Notes: generated by a model from the sequence alone, not told the origin. 64,000 bases of DNA from a candidate division WWE3 bacterium (GCA_052035175.1 JBPOHV010000001.1:622428-686427); one strand, 5' to 3'. Shown: positions 1 to 9,244, numbered from the stretch's first letter. Translations and numbers: made by a program.

Positions 1-538
1 GCTTTACGATCTTACAAATATGTATGCAACCTTTGCTAGAGAAGGGGAGTATCAAAAACAAAAAACTATTTTGTCTATAAAAGGAACTGATGGCAAAGAA
101 CTTTATCAACATGACTCAAAAAGGACTAAGCTAATTTCTAGCGAAACAGCATATATAATCTGGCACATACTATCTGACAATGAAGCTAGAAAAGCTGCAT
201 TTGGTAATCGCAACGCCTTAGAAATTTCTGGCAAAAAAGTTGCTGTAAAAACAGGCACAACAGACCAAATCAAAGACAACTACACTTTGGGATTTACACC
301 TAGTTATGTAGTAGGCGTGTGGGTAGGCAATAATGACAACTCACCGCTAAACCGAACATTGGCATCAGGAATAACAGGCGCTGCTCCGATTTGGAATATG
401 ATAATGTCCACATTATTAAAAGATCAACAAGATGAAAAGTTACCTCAACCAGAGCACATCACCGAAAAGAAACTGGATTGCGGTATAAAAGAAGTCTTTG
501 ATACTACAAAGAAAATACCAGAAAAGTGTTTTTTATAG
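1..538 (+). CDS. Penicillin-binding protein (PBP1A-like), C-terminal transpeptidase part; 5'-truncated by window
   Basis: Frame is open from the window start. KTGTT motif and YT/AxGF/YTPS..VGxWVGNN are shared with the PBP at 28621. Confidence 0.88.
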   Translation, partial: LYDLTNMYATFAREGEYQKQKTILSIKGTDGKELYQHDSKRTKLISSETAYIIWHILSDNEARKAAFGNRNALEISGKKVAVKTGTTDQIKDNYTLGFTPSYVVGVWVGNNDNSPLNRTLASGITGAAPIWNMIMSTLLKDQQDEKLPQPEHITEKKLDCGIKEVFDTTKKIPEKCFL

Positions 539-565
539 ATCATAAAAATCTTAGATGTTAAAATA

Positions 566-934
566 ATGAGTATGAAAAATCACATTGTTATACCAATAAT
601 AGCTCTTTCAATAATAATAGGCATTTTTATCGTCTCTACAAAAGTTACCAAATCAACACCCGCGCCAATCCAACCCATAGTAACAGAACAAAAAGCTTAT
701 ACAATGCAAGAAGTTGCTGCGCATAACAATGAAAATGATTGCTGGATGATAATAAATAACAATATTTATGATGTAACCACATATTTAGCTGAACACCCAG
801 GTGGAAACGGGATTGTTGCTTTATGCGGACAAGATGCAACAGCAGGATTTGCAACAAAAGGCAATGAAAACGAACCGCACTCAGAGCAAGCCCAACAACT
901 TAAAGAAGCCTTCCTTGTAGGTACATTAAAATAA
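566..934 (+). CDS. Membrane-anchored cytochrome b5-like heme/steroid-binding protein
   Basis: N-terminal TM; YT.QEVA.HN..DCW, YDVT.Y..EHPGG, GQDAT..F, HS heme motifs. Confidence 0.9.
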   Translation: MSMKNHIVIPIIALSIIIGIFIVSTKVTKSTPAPIQPIVTEQKAYTMQEVAAHNNENDCWMIINNNIYDVTTYLAEHPGGNGIVALCGQDATAGFATKGNENEPHSEQAQQLKEAFLVGTLK

Positions 935-964
935 GCAATACAATGCTATAATCTCACTAAGTTT

Positions 965-1040
965 GCGCCTGTAGCTCAGGGGATAGAGCAGTTCCCTTCT
1001 AAGGAAAAGGTCGCAGGTTCAATTCCTGCCAGGCGCACCA
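965..1040 (+). tRNA. tRNA-Arg(TCT)
   Basis: GCGCCTG/CAGGCGC acceptor, loop CTTCTAA, GGTTCAATTCC T-arm, encoded CCA. Confidence 0.95.
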
Positions 1041-1074
1041 TATAGTCAAACACCATGAATACAAGATATAATAA

Positions 1075-1644
1075 GTGATGCTTTATACTCCACTTATACA
1101 AAAAGCTATTAGCCTTGCAGGTAATGCACATCGCACACACACGCGTAAAAATGTTAATCGAGAGCCCTATATAGTACATCCCATGACCGTAGCTTTATTA
1201 TTGGCACGAGCTACAAACAATGAAGACTTAATATGCGCTGGAATATTACACGACGTAGTAGAAGATTGCGGAATAAAAATAGAAATAATCGCAAAAGACT
1301 TTAACAAAAATATTGCTTATCTAGTAAATGCAGTAACGGAAAAAGATAAAAGCTTACCTTGGGAAACCAGGAAAAAGATTGCTACAGCTGAAATAGGACA
1401 GATGAATAAAGATGCAGCATTGCTAAAAACAGCCGATGTTTTGGCCAATATAACAAGTGATATTCATGGGATAAAACTTGATGGCTATGAAGCACATATG
1501 AAACTGCGTACAAAAGCACCAGAGATTCTAGTTGCTAAAGAAAACAAACAGTACAATGCTCTATCAAGCGTATGGCCGGAAAATCCCTTACTACCGGAAT
1601 ACAAAGCAGCTATAGATATGTTTGCAAGTTTGGCGATAAAATAG
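1075..1644 (+). CDS. HD-domain hydrolase, RelA/SpoT small alarmone hydrolase (Mesh1-like)
   Basis: AH..H.RK, PYIVHP, ILHDVVED, VTE.K, KTAD motifs. Confidence 0.85.
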   Translation: MMLYTPLIQKAISLAGNAHRTHTRKNVNREPYIVHPMTVALLLARATNNEDLICAGILHDVVEDCGIKIEIIAKDFNKNIAYLVNAVTEKDKSLPWETRKKIATAEIGQMNKDAALLKTADVLANITSDIHGIKLDGYEAHMKLRTKAPEILVAKENKQYNALSSVWPENPLLPEYKAAIDMFASLAIK

Positions 1645-1657
1645 TAACTTTTTAGTT

Positions 1658-2053
1658 ATGGATAACTGTATTTTTTGCAAAATAATAAAAGGTGAAATAC
1701 CAGCGTATAAAATTTGGGAAGACGCTCAATATATTGCGATATTAGATATTTTCCCATCTTCAAAAGGAATGACACTGGTAATACCAAAAGAACACCAGCC
1801 TAGTTATATAAAAGATCTTGATACACAAAGTTGGACAGATATGCTTAAAGCTCTAAAAGCAGTAGCAGAAATCTTGGATACAAAGTTACCTAATATAATA
1901 AGAACGAAGTTTGTTTTTGAAGGCTTGGATGTACCGCATCTACACGCAAAGCTAATACCTGAGTATCCAGAAACTTTGAAAAACCAACCACAGCCGCAAA
2001 AAGCTAGCGACGCAGAACTAGCGGAAGTAAAGAGATTACTAGACCTGGTCTGA
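1658..2053 (+). CDS. HIT family nucleotide hydrolase
   Basis: CIFCKII.GEIP, LVIPKEH, VPHLHAK (variant HxHxH). Confidence 0.9.
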   Translation: MDNCIFCKIIKGEIPAYKIWEDAQYIAILDIFPSSKGMTLVIPKEHQPSYIKDLDTQSWTDMLKALKAVAEILDTKLPNIIRTKFVFEGLDVPHLHAKLIPEYPETLKNQPQPQKASDAELAEVKRLLDLV

Positions 2054-2064
2054 CCTGGTCCTTT
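2039..2064. repeat. REP-like GACCWGGTC doublet repeat, copy 1 (overlaps HIT stop codon)
   Basis: ctagacctggtctgacctggtccttt; same family at 11720, 27247, 28261, 28592. Confidence 0.8.
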
Positions 2065-2105
2065 GTATTAAGTTTTCAACGCAAATAGTGTAGAATGTGC
2101 ATCAA

Positions 2106-2191
2106 GGGCGAGTGGTGGAATGGTATACACGAAGGACTTAAAATCCTTTGTTCTTACGAACTTGAGGGTTCAAGTCCCTCCTCGCCCACCA
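2106..2191 (+). tRNA. tRNA-Leu(TAA)
   Basis: GGGCGAG/CTCGCCC acceptor, loop CTTAAAA, long variable arm, CCA. Confidence 0.95.
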
Positions 2192-2207
2192 GATAATCCC
2201 CTTATTT

Positions 2208-2771
2208 ATGCAAGATAGCATCGAGATAACAACATTAGAAAGCCTTATAGAACTTTTAAATTCTTTTAAAGTACCGTATGCAACTTGGGGTAAAGTCAGA
2301 ACTTTAGACCATTTATTTTCTGAGTTAATTGCTGGCGAATCTTATCTTACAAACACAAATAACCAGCTAACGCGTAATTTGGATGTAATATGTCTGAAAA
2401 TCATAAAAGATAACAAAGTATTACTTCAATACAAACAAATATTTGTTACAAGAGAAGAAAACAATACAATAAAACTACCTTCAGAAAAAATGTTGCAAAA
2501 TGAAAGCATTGATACTGCTTGCGCAAGATTATTAGAAGAAGAGCTTAATATAACAGGTAGCTTTAAATTCACACATCTAAAAGATAAACAAAACATAGAA
2601 CCAGCTTATGCATATCCAGGTCTTACAAATGCATTAAACTTGCATTTTTATGAAACAAATTTACCAAGCGATGTGTATATAAAAGATATTTACGAAGAGA
2701 TTAACAAAAAGCAAACAACTTATTTCAAATGGTTTGATCAAAGTAAATTAGACGAACTTAGTGATTTTTAA
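2208..2771 (+). CDS. NUDIX-fold hypothetical protein
   Basis: Degenerate Nudix box EKM..NES...AC.RLLEEEL. Confidence 0.6.
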   Translation: MQDSIEITTLESLIELLNSFKVPYATWGKVRTLDHLFSELIAGESYLTNTNNQLTRNLDVICLKIIKDNKVLLQYKQIFVTREENNTIKLPSEKMLQNESIDTACARLLEEELNITGSFKFTHLKDKQNIEPAYAYPGLTNALNLHFYETNLPSDVYIKDIYEEINKKQTTYFKWFDQSKLDELSDF

Positions 2772-3213
2772 ATTCTTGTTTAAAATAAAGTCTTCTCATC
2801 GGACCACTTCGAGACCAAGTCTCATTTAACCCTATTGTGTCTATAATCTTTGCAGAAAGTACCACCGCTAAAATAACAGTCAAAATTAACACTGGAAAAT
2901 TCTTTTTATAAGAAAAATCATATTTCTTAAGAAGAAGAATCCCTAAGATAACTAATATGAGTGCTATAAAAGGGACCCACAAAGGAAATGCATCAAACAT
3001 TTGTATAAGACGCCCAGTACCAGGACCTTGCTTTCGTAATAAAAATAAAGTTAAATTTGTAAAAAATACCGCACCAATCATAAGACCCACAAGCCCTATG
3101 AAAGACACTATCGATCCAATTATAAAATAGATTCTCGGTTTCATTTTTACTTCACCAGACATGACTTGACTCATTATTTTATTTTCTAGATCTATTTTTA
3201 TGTTGTTTGACAT
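2758..3213 (-). CDS. Membrane protein coupled to the ECF sigma factor (putative anti-sigma)
   Basis: Three TM segments; overlaps the 3' end of the sigma gene. Confidence 0.6.
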   Translation of the reverse strand: MSNNIKIDLENKIMSQVMSGEVKMKPRIYFIIGSIVSFIGLVGLMIGAVFFTNLTLFLLRKQGPGTGRLIQMFDAFPLWVPFIALILVILGILLLKKYDFSYKKNFPVLILTVILAVVLSAKIIDTIGLNETWSRSGPMRRLYFKQEFKNH

Positions 3214-3740
3214 ATTTTCCTCATCATAACTTTGGCTCTATTAATCCTTGTTGCTACTGTACCCATAGGTAATCGTAAGATATCTCCTATTTCCTCGTAA
3301 GACTTATTTTCTATATAATACAGTGATAAAGGTTCTCTGTACTTTATATCCATAGTATCTAGACATTTGTGAATACTGGAAGCAACCTCTTCTTTTATGT
3401 ATGCGTCCTCCAAATTATCTGTACTACTAAAATCCATGTAATCTTCTATTGAAAAGCTATGCTTATATTTACCAAGTATATTCATAACTTCGTTATGAAC
3501 GATTTGATAAATCCAGCTTGAAAACTTTCGTTTCGTTTGGAAACTATTCAAATTGATATATGCCTTAATAAAACCATCTTGAACCGCATCACTTGCTTTA
3601 GCCTCATCTCCTGCTAAATAATAAGCATATCTCATAAGCTTAGTCTGATATCTCCGTATAATTTCTCCATATAATTCTTTATTGCCTTGACGCACAAGTT
3701 CTACAAGCTCTTCATCAGTTGTATTTTTATTATCATCCAT
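3198..3740 (-). CDS. ECF-type sigma-70 factor
   Basis: DAVQDGFIKAY, FSSWIYQI (region 2); SYEEIGDIL.LP.GTVATRINRA (region 4). Confidence 0.93.
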   Translation of the reverse strand: MDDNKNTTDEELVELVRQGNKELYGEIIRRYQTKLMRYAYYLAGDEAKASDAVQDGFIKAYINLNSFQTKRKFSSWIYQIVHNEVMNILGKYKHSFSIEDYMDFSSTDNLEDAYIKEEVASSIHKCLDTMDIKYREPLSLYYIENKSYEEIGDILRLPMGTVATRINRAKVMMRKICQTT

Positions 3741-3759
3741 AGTATTTCCATTATTTTAC

Positions 3760-3794
3760 AGTGCGCCCCAGTGCTTCGCGCTGGGGCGCATTGT
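3760..3794 (-). terminator. GC-rich hairpin downstream of the 3808-4176 gene
   Basis: cagtgcgccccagtgc-ttc-gcgctggggcgcattg. Confidence 0.65.
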
Positions 3795-3807
3795 TTCCAA
3801 TCTAACC

Positions 3808-4176
3808 TTAACGGTTATTATATCCTCTACCCATTCTCTGACCAGAACCATTGTTATAGCCTAATCCAAGTTCTTCTCTTATCTTCATCGCATCATCTTT
3901 CTTTCCTTCCAATTCTAACCTATGCGCTTCTGCAAAACGAGAAAAGTTTTGCTCATTAATTACTTGTAAGACTCTACCCTTACCTTGCATCAATTCTTTC
4001 CAAGCATTGTAATCATTAGTTTCAAATGCACTAGCCATAGCTTCATGCCTTTCTTCCGAAAAGTTTGGACCTTGTACCAATGGGTCACCTCTGTAAGCAA
4101 ACGCTTGTTGAGGAAACAACATGATCCCTCCTAAAGCTATTACTGCTGTTAATATTACTAATGTTTTTTTACTCAT
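3808..4176 (-). CDS. Secreted hypothetical protein
   Basis: Signal peptide ending AFA; SD-like GGGGGTG upstream. Confidence 0.75.
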   Translation of the reverse strand: MSKKTLVILTAVIALGGIMLFPQQAFAYRGDPLVQGPNFSEERHEAMASAFETNDYNAWKELMQGKGRVLQVINEQNFSRFAEAHRLELEGKKDDAMKIREELGLGYNNGSGQRMGRGYNNR

Positions 4177-4293
4177 CTGAATTCACCCCCTCAATTTAAC
4201 TTTATACATATGTATTACAAATCAAGTTCTAGTTTTCTTTCATCTTTTTTGATTTTTTAAAACGGATAACAGAAAATAGCGGATAAATAGTAA

Positions 4294-5676
4294 CTAATTT
4301 TCTTTAATTTCTAGGCCTACAGTATTTAGCAAATGTGTAAACATCTCTTTTTCTATCTCAGGAGGTATTTTATAAACATCTTGATTGTTTATACGCTTCA
4401 TGACGCTTTCAATATTCGCCTGGTCATACATAAGAGCAATTAGATCTTCTACAGGTTTAGGCGATTCTGGATGCTGCTTCAAATATTCTTGTGCATATTT
4501 TATAACTAATGGCTCAAAGGCACTACGTATAGCCACATAAAAAGCATTGGTACGATCAGTATACTCATCAAAATTCACATAAGCAGTCTTCATATACTCT
4601 GCAATACTTTTACATTGAGTAAACCGTTCGCGTTCTGCCCGCTGATGAGGAGCATCAGGATTGGCTATTGGATTTGATAGCGCCTCGCTAAATTGCATAC
4701 AAATCGCTTGTTGAGCTTTCAGATGCCCAGGCTGGGTCGCAAACCACCCCATGGTTTTTTGTAAAATATAAAATTTGTCATCGTCGGTTGCCTTTTCAAA
4801 AGATTCATCAAAAGTTGCACCAAATTCTCGTAATCCCAAATTAATTTCACCAAAAAGGTTTTTACTTCCTCGTATATACGCATCATATCCATCTTTGGAG
4901 GCCGCAGCACGTAAGTCAGCATTCGCCAAACTAACACCAGCCAATAACGCACGTGGCCTTAAAGAAGCCAAATCAAAGTCTGGCAAATATTTACGAGCGT
5001 TAGATTCATATTCTTCTAATGCAGCAATATCTATGGCAGAAATACCCATAGGATTGTCTTTATTTGGTATCTTTCCTACTTGAAGAGCACGCACGGCAAA
5101 ACTAGCTAAAGGCTGAGACACCATAGTTGCTTTTATATGTGGCTTGCGTGATGTATCCAAATACTCCGAAAGATTTGGTTTCGTGCACCCGATAATAAAC
5201 ATGACTTCGGTAGGTGTATAAGACGATTCCAAACCACATGCAGTTAATGCATCAATTGCATGCACAGCAGAGTCAATTTCGTTTTGACCCTGTGGTACAG
5301 AATAACTGACTCGTTTTATGCCAGCAGCAAATTTATTTGTATTTTGTTGTATATCATGATGTTTAGCTACTATTTCGGTAGCTTTACACAAAAAAAGAAG
5401 CTCAGTTTCAATAGGAGTCAAACTTTCACCTTGATTATGTAAAGCTTCTAAATACTTTATGTAAAGTGCGTCAACTCCTAAAGCCGTAGTAAATCCTTCG
5501 AGTGTATCGGCTGTTACTGCTTGAGTATGTTCTACCATGTGAAAGGGTCTTTGATCTTCTAAAGAGTTTGATAAACCAAATCTACGATCTATTTCAGCTA
5601 CCACAGTAGCATTTACTTCATTTATCCTAGATTTACCAGGCGCTATACTTTCTAAAGTTGGTGTTAAGCTTGACAT
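4294..5676 (-). CDS. Hypothetical protein with HD-like metal-binding motifs
   Basis: FH..EHT, HHD and ADL motifs in a 460 aa ORF. Confidence 0.55.
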   Translation of the reverse strand: MSSLTPTLESIAPGKSRINEVNATVVAEIDRRFGLSNSLEDQRPFHMVEHTQAVTADTLEGFTTALGVDALYIKYLEALHNQGESLTPIETELLFLCKATEIVAKHHDIQQNTNKFAAGIKRVSYSVPQGQNEIDSAVHAIDALTACGLESSYTPTEVMFIIGCTKPNLSEYLDTSRKPHIKATMVSQPLASFAVRALQVGKIPNKDNPMGISAIDIAALEEYESNARKYLPDFDLASLRPRALLAGVSLANADLRAAASKDGYDAYIRGSKNLFGEINLGLREFGATFDESFEKATDDDKFYILQKTMGWFATQPGHLKAQQAICMQFSEALSNPIANPDAPHQRAERERFTQCKSIAEYMKTAYVNFDEYTDRTNAFYVAIRSAFEPLVIKYAQEYLKQHPESPKPVEDLIALMYDQANIESVMKRINNQDVYKIPPEIEKEMFTHLLNTVGLEIKEN

Positions 5677-5682
5677 GTATTA

Positions 5683-5811
5683 TTAACCTTGCGACATCTG
5701 CGCTGCACCATTAGTAGCATCACCAGGCACAGAAGCAGAACCAAAACCACCTTGCTGATTTGCAGACGGAGCAGGCTGAGCGTTAATATTAGTCTGTTTT
5801 CTTTTACTCAT
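5683..5811 (-). CDS. Small 42-aa ORF (MSKRKQTNINAQPAPSANQQGGFGSASVPGDATNGAAQMSQG)
   Basis: ATG downstream of a TATAAT box; stop lies 6 nt before the next ATG; below the ORF-track cutoff. Confidence 0.45.
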   Translation of the reverse strand: MSKRKQTNINAQPAPSANQQGGFGSASVPGDATNGAAQMSQG

Positions 5812-5838
5812 GTTAAGTTAATTGTATTATATAGACAT

Positions 5839-6546
5839 ATGCAATTCAAAGAAATAGTGACAAAAAACAAAGTAGAAACATTAATAATTTGTTGCATATT
5901 AATTTTTGTTATAACCGGAGTTGCATCAAATATACAAGGACAAAGAGCAGTTGATCGCTCAAAATTACCTGAAAAAGTTGAATTAAATAAAAATTTTCAA
6001 AGATGGTTAACAAATCTAAAAAATAAAGAGTTACCTGTTAGTGCAGACGAATTTGTTTTTGTGGAAGACGCAGAAATTTATAATACAAAATGGATAAAAG
6101 TGTTATCGGGCGACGATCCAAATAATATTAAAGCGTATGAAGAAAACTTGGCACAACACGTTAACTTAAAAAAAGTTGTATTTTCTCCAAGTGAACACTT
6201 ATACATAGATATCAGGCCAGAAATAAGAGAAGGGTATAATCCAAACGAAGCTCATTTTTACGGTTTACTCGACGGTAAAATATTGGATGCACGTATTTTA
6301 GATTGTTCTGTAGATGCTAATTGCTATTTTGACAGGGCATATTTCATCGAGAATGATGTTTTTATTATTAGTGAATTTTCGAGAAATATTGATAAACGCC
6401 AAGCAAATAACCCTGTTTGTACAAAACAAGACATGTGCACATATAGCTTTAAACTTCATTTGATTGATTTGAAAAATAATAAAAGACTTGTATACGAATC
6501 AGCGCCATTTGACGGCATTTGGGAACAAGTCGTCCCAGAGCTATAA
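5839..6546 (+). CDS. Membrane-anchored hypothetical protein (start MQFKEIV)
   Basis: N-terminal TM, two Cys pairs; the upstream extension in the ORF track overlaps the divergent small ORF. Confidence 0.7.
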   Translation: MQFKEIVTKNKVETLIICCILIFVITGVASNIQGQRAVDRSKLPEKVELNKNFQRWLTNLKNKELPVSADEFVFVEDAEIYNTKWIKVLSGDDPNNIKAYEENLAQHVNLKKVVFSPSEHLYIDIRPEIREGYNPNEAHFYGLLDGKILDARILDCSVDANCYFDRAYFIENDVFIISEFSRNIDKRQANNPVCTKQDMCTYSFKLHLIDLKNNKRLVYESAPFDGIWEQVVPEL

Positions 6547-6607
6547 TGAAGCTCCCTTAGATTTCTGACCTATGATATGCTATCCAAAATCTGTAAGGAG
6601 GCTGCCA

Positions 6608-6691
6608 ATGAAAAAGAAATTCTTGATTGGATTTCTGATAGTCATAGGCATTGGGCTTATAATTAAAAAAGCCCTAGACTATGACATCTGA
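6608..6691 (+). CDS. 27-aa single-TM peptide (MKKKFLIGFLIVIGIGLIIKKALDYDI)
   Basis: AAGGAGG SD upstream; hydrophobic helix flanked by Lys; followed by a long inverted repeat. Confidence 0.65.
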   Translation: MKKKFLIGFLIVIGIGLIIKKALDYDI

Positions 6692-6697
6692 AGCCAC

Positions 6698-6723
6698 GCA
6701 CCGAGGCATAAATGCCTCGGTGC
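6698..6723 (+). terminator. Hairpin after the small peptide gene
   Basis: GCACCGAGGCAT-AA-ATGCCTCGGTGC. Confidence 0.65.
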
Positions 6724-6847
6724 GGATTTGTTAGATTAAAGGTGATAAAATAAGGCCGACGAAGTACAGTCTTGGGTATACGAGCTTACTCATCCCGCTT
6801 CGCGGGATTGCGTTTCCTCGTATAACCCCTCGCGCACTTCGTGCTCT

Positions 6848-6923
6848 CGGGGTATAGCTCAGTTGGTAGAGTGCGCGGTTTGGGACCGTGAGGTCGTGTG
6901 TTCGAGTCACACTACCCCGACCA
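6848..6923 (+). tRNA. tRNA-Pro(TGG)
   Basis: CGGGGTA/TACCCCG acceptor, loop TTTGGGA, CCA. Confidence 0.95.
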
Positions 6924-6961
6924 TTTAGCAATTTAACGTAAGTGATAGATTACCGTGACAG

Positions 6962-8551
6962 GTGATTATGAACCAAGACAAACCATTAAAATTTTCTCAG
7001 TCTTACCCAGTAATTGCACAATCAAAACTATTTGGCACACGATATGAAGTAAATAAAATACTCAAACAAAACGCAGAGAAAGTATTTTTAAAAAAGCTAT
7101 CTCAAATATTTCCAGCAATTAATATAAAAACTGAAATCATAGCTACCACATATTTTGAGCCTATACTTATGTTTGAGCCAAAAAAGTCATGCATCGTTAG
7201 ATATAGACAAAGAACAGACTTTGACACAAAAAATCAAAAATACCATATACCAAAAAAATGGGTTTTTGATGGCCCTGGGACATTGGAAGTGAAGCTGCGT
7301 GATAATGCGGAAAGGGGCAATGTTGATAAACAAGGAACATTTTTTCCAAACACAAAAGACATAAACATTAAAACATTTTTAAACCAACCAACACAGTCAA
7401 AAGTAGAAAAATATATAGAGTACGCAAATAATATGCAATACAAATGCACACTTAATAAGCACTTACGTCTTCTAGACCCCAAAACCATATCAAAAATCAC
7501 TGAAAAACTTTATCCGTATGCTACAAGGTTAAATATACGATATACGCTAGAAACAAAAACTACCGAAGAAATTCGTATTACATTTGAGACTAACCCAGTA
7601 TTTTATATATACCCAATATATCATAAAACAGGAGACACCAATACAAAACCAAAGCAATTTATTGCTGATATTGGAGAAGTTTCTAACCGAACAAAGATTG
7701 AAGTAAAAACTGAGACAAAAGCTAAAAACAGCGAGATTTATAAAAACTTGGAAAAAGAACTACGTAAGTTTCAACACCCTACAAATACATATACTGATGT
7801 ACCTTATGCAAATATGATTGTCAAAGCATCGTTGAAAACTGGTACATTGATAAATGAAGCGCCTAATATAGAAATTGAATCAAAAGCAAGTCTACCCAAT
7901 CAAACAAACATAGCAGAGTTAATCGAGACTATACGTAATGAATTGCTAAAGACTAAAAATCCAAAATATTTACTTTTTTTAACTGACCCTCGTGTAGGCT
8001 TGAGAGAATATCCAAATGTTAAAAGAACTATATTTGGATACCAAGACGAAAATGATCAATGGCATGAAGCAGTGAGATTAAATCAAGACATATCAAAAAA
8101 GACTGGATACGTATCACTTAAATGGAAGTCTGATGCTAATACTATTAATAAAACCCTTGTAAGAAAAGAGGTTACTGAAACCTTTGACCACAAGCTTACA
8201 CATAGAGAAGTAATAGAACTTGTAAAAAAACGCTTGGGGAAAAAAGTAGTGCCGCTTGGTAGCTTTACAAAGACCAAGTATAGAATACTTGTACAAGATA
8301 CAAATGGCAGAAATTTTAATATTTCAGTAGATAAAGTTAATATCTACAATAGCAGCATCTGCATGGTTCAGCTTGAATCAGAATACATTCATACAGTTGT
8401 AGCAAACAATGACCTACCAAATACATCCGTGTCTGAAGCATGTGAATCATGTATGAAATACTTTCAAAGTTTACTTAAAAAGATAGGTGTTGTAGCTGTA
8501 CCAACAACCGAACGAAAGCTAGATTTTCTTATAAAAAACAAATTACGCTGA
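6962..8551 (+). CDS. Tandem VTC/CYTH-like triphosphate tunnel metalloenzyme protein
   Basis: N-half VRYR, LEVK, RITFE, IEVK; C-half EIESK, K.KYR, SVD.V, QLESEY. Confidence 0.55.
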   Translation: MIMNQDKPLKFSQSYPVIAQSKLFGTRYEVNKILKQNAEKVFLKKLSQIFPAINIKTEIIATTYFEPILMFEPKKSCIVRYRQRTDFDTKNQKYHIPKKWVFDGPGTLEVKLRDNAERGNVDKQGTFFPNTKDINIKTFLNQPTQSKVEKYIEYANNMQYKCTLNKHLRLLDPKTISKITEKLYPYATRLNIRYTLETKTTEEIRITFETNPVFYIYPIYHKTGDTNTKPKQFIADIGEVSNRTKIEVKTETKAKNSEIYKNLEKELRKFQHPTNTYTDVPYANMIVKASLKTGTLINEAPNIEIESKASLPNQTNIAELIETIRNELLKTKNPKYLLFLTDPRVGLREYPNVKRTIFGYQDENDQWHEAVRLNQDISKKTGYVSLKWKSDANTINKTLVRKEVTETFDHKLTHREVIELVKKRLGKKVVPLGSFTKTKYRILVQDTNGRNFNISVDKVNIYNSSICMVQLESEYIHTVVANNDLPNTSVSEACESCMKYFQSLLKKIGVVAVPTTERKLDFLIKNKLR

Positions 8552-8615
8552 TATTCTAGTATTCTTATATTCTAGTATTTTTATATTCTAGTACTTTTAC
8601 TATTCTAATATTCAT
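8551..8615. repeat. Tandem 16-bp repeat, ~4 copies
   Basis: ATATTCTAGTA(T/C)T(C/T)TT x3 plus a degenerate fourth copy. Confidence 0.8.
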
Positions 8616-8662
8616 AGAATTTGCATACTATTAATATTTAAAAACATAATTTATAACGATAA

Positions 8663-9244
8663 ATATTTCGTCAGCTTAACGCACATTCAAAATTATTTCT
8701 AACAACCTTTTCTATAGTACTAATTGGAATTTTTGTATACGTAATAACAGACCGGCAATCCCCTTATCAACCAAAAGTATTCACACCTGCACAACGTACA
8801 AAAACGCAAAACTGCAAAGCTAATGGACCACTCCCTGATCGAGAATGTACACCAGGAGCGGTCTTTGAAAATGCGACAAAAGAAATAGTATGCGTTAGTG
8901 GATATTCAAAAACAGTGAGAATCGTATCTCAAAGTACCAAAGAAGCCATTTATAAAGCATATGGAATAACATCGCGCAAACCAAGACAATACCAAGTAGA
9001 TCATTTTGTGAGTTTGACACTAGGCGGTTCTAACGAACTCGCTAACTTGTGGCCCGAAGCAGCAGAACCATTTCCTGGTTACAACGAAAAGAATTTGATC
9101 ACAAATTACTTACACGAACTAGTCTGCAAAGGTGATCTGCCTCTAAACCAAGCTCAATATATGATTTCATGGGGCTGGGTTGACACATATAATTCTTTGA
9201 AACCAAAAAATCCATTTTTCGAAATTTACAAGCTCATGAAATGA
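8663..9244 (+). CDS. Membrane-anchored HNH-like protein; frame open from 8663 (possible ATA start)
   Basis: TM, LPD..CTPGA, VC.SGY...VR, YQVDHFVSL.LGGSN..ANLWP; the ORF-track GTG at 8915 lies inside the domain. Confidence 0.7.
   Translation: MFRQLNAHSKLFLTTFSIVLIGIFVYVITDRQSPYQPKVFTPAQRTKTQNCKANGPLPDRECTPGAVFENATKEIVCVSGYSKTVRIVSQSTKEAIYKAYGITSRKPRQYQVDHFVSLTLGGSNELANLWPEAAEPFPGYNEKNLITNYLHELVCKGDLPLNQAQYMISWGWVDTYNSLKPKNPFFEIYKLMK

Noticed and set aside
976-1179. Minus-strand ORF ending ...RLAGIEPATFSLEGNCSIP
   Set aside because: Antisense shadow of tRNA-Arg; 6731-6931 is likewise a shadow of tRNA-Pro.
8551-8615. Mini-CRISPR interpretation of the 16-bp repeat
   Set aside because: The units are contiguous, with no spacers.
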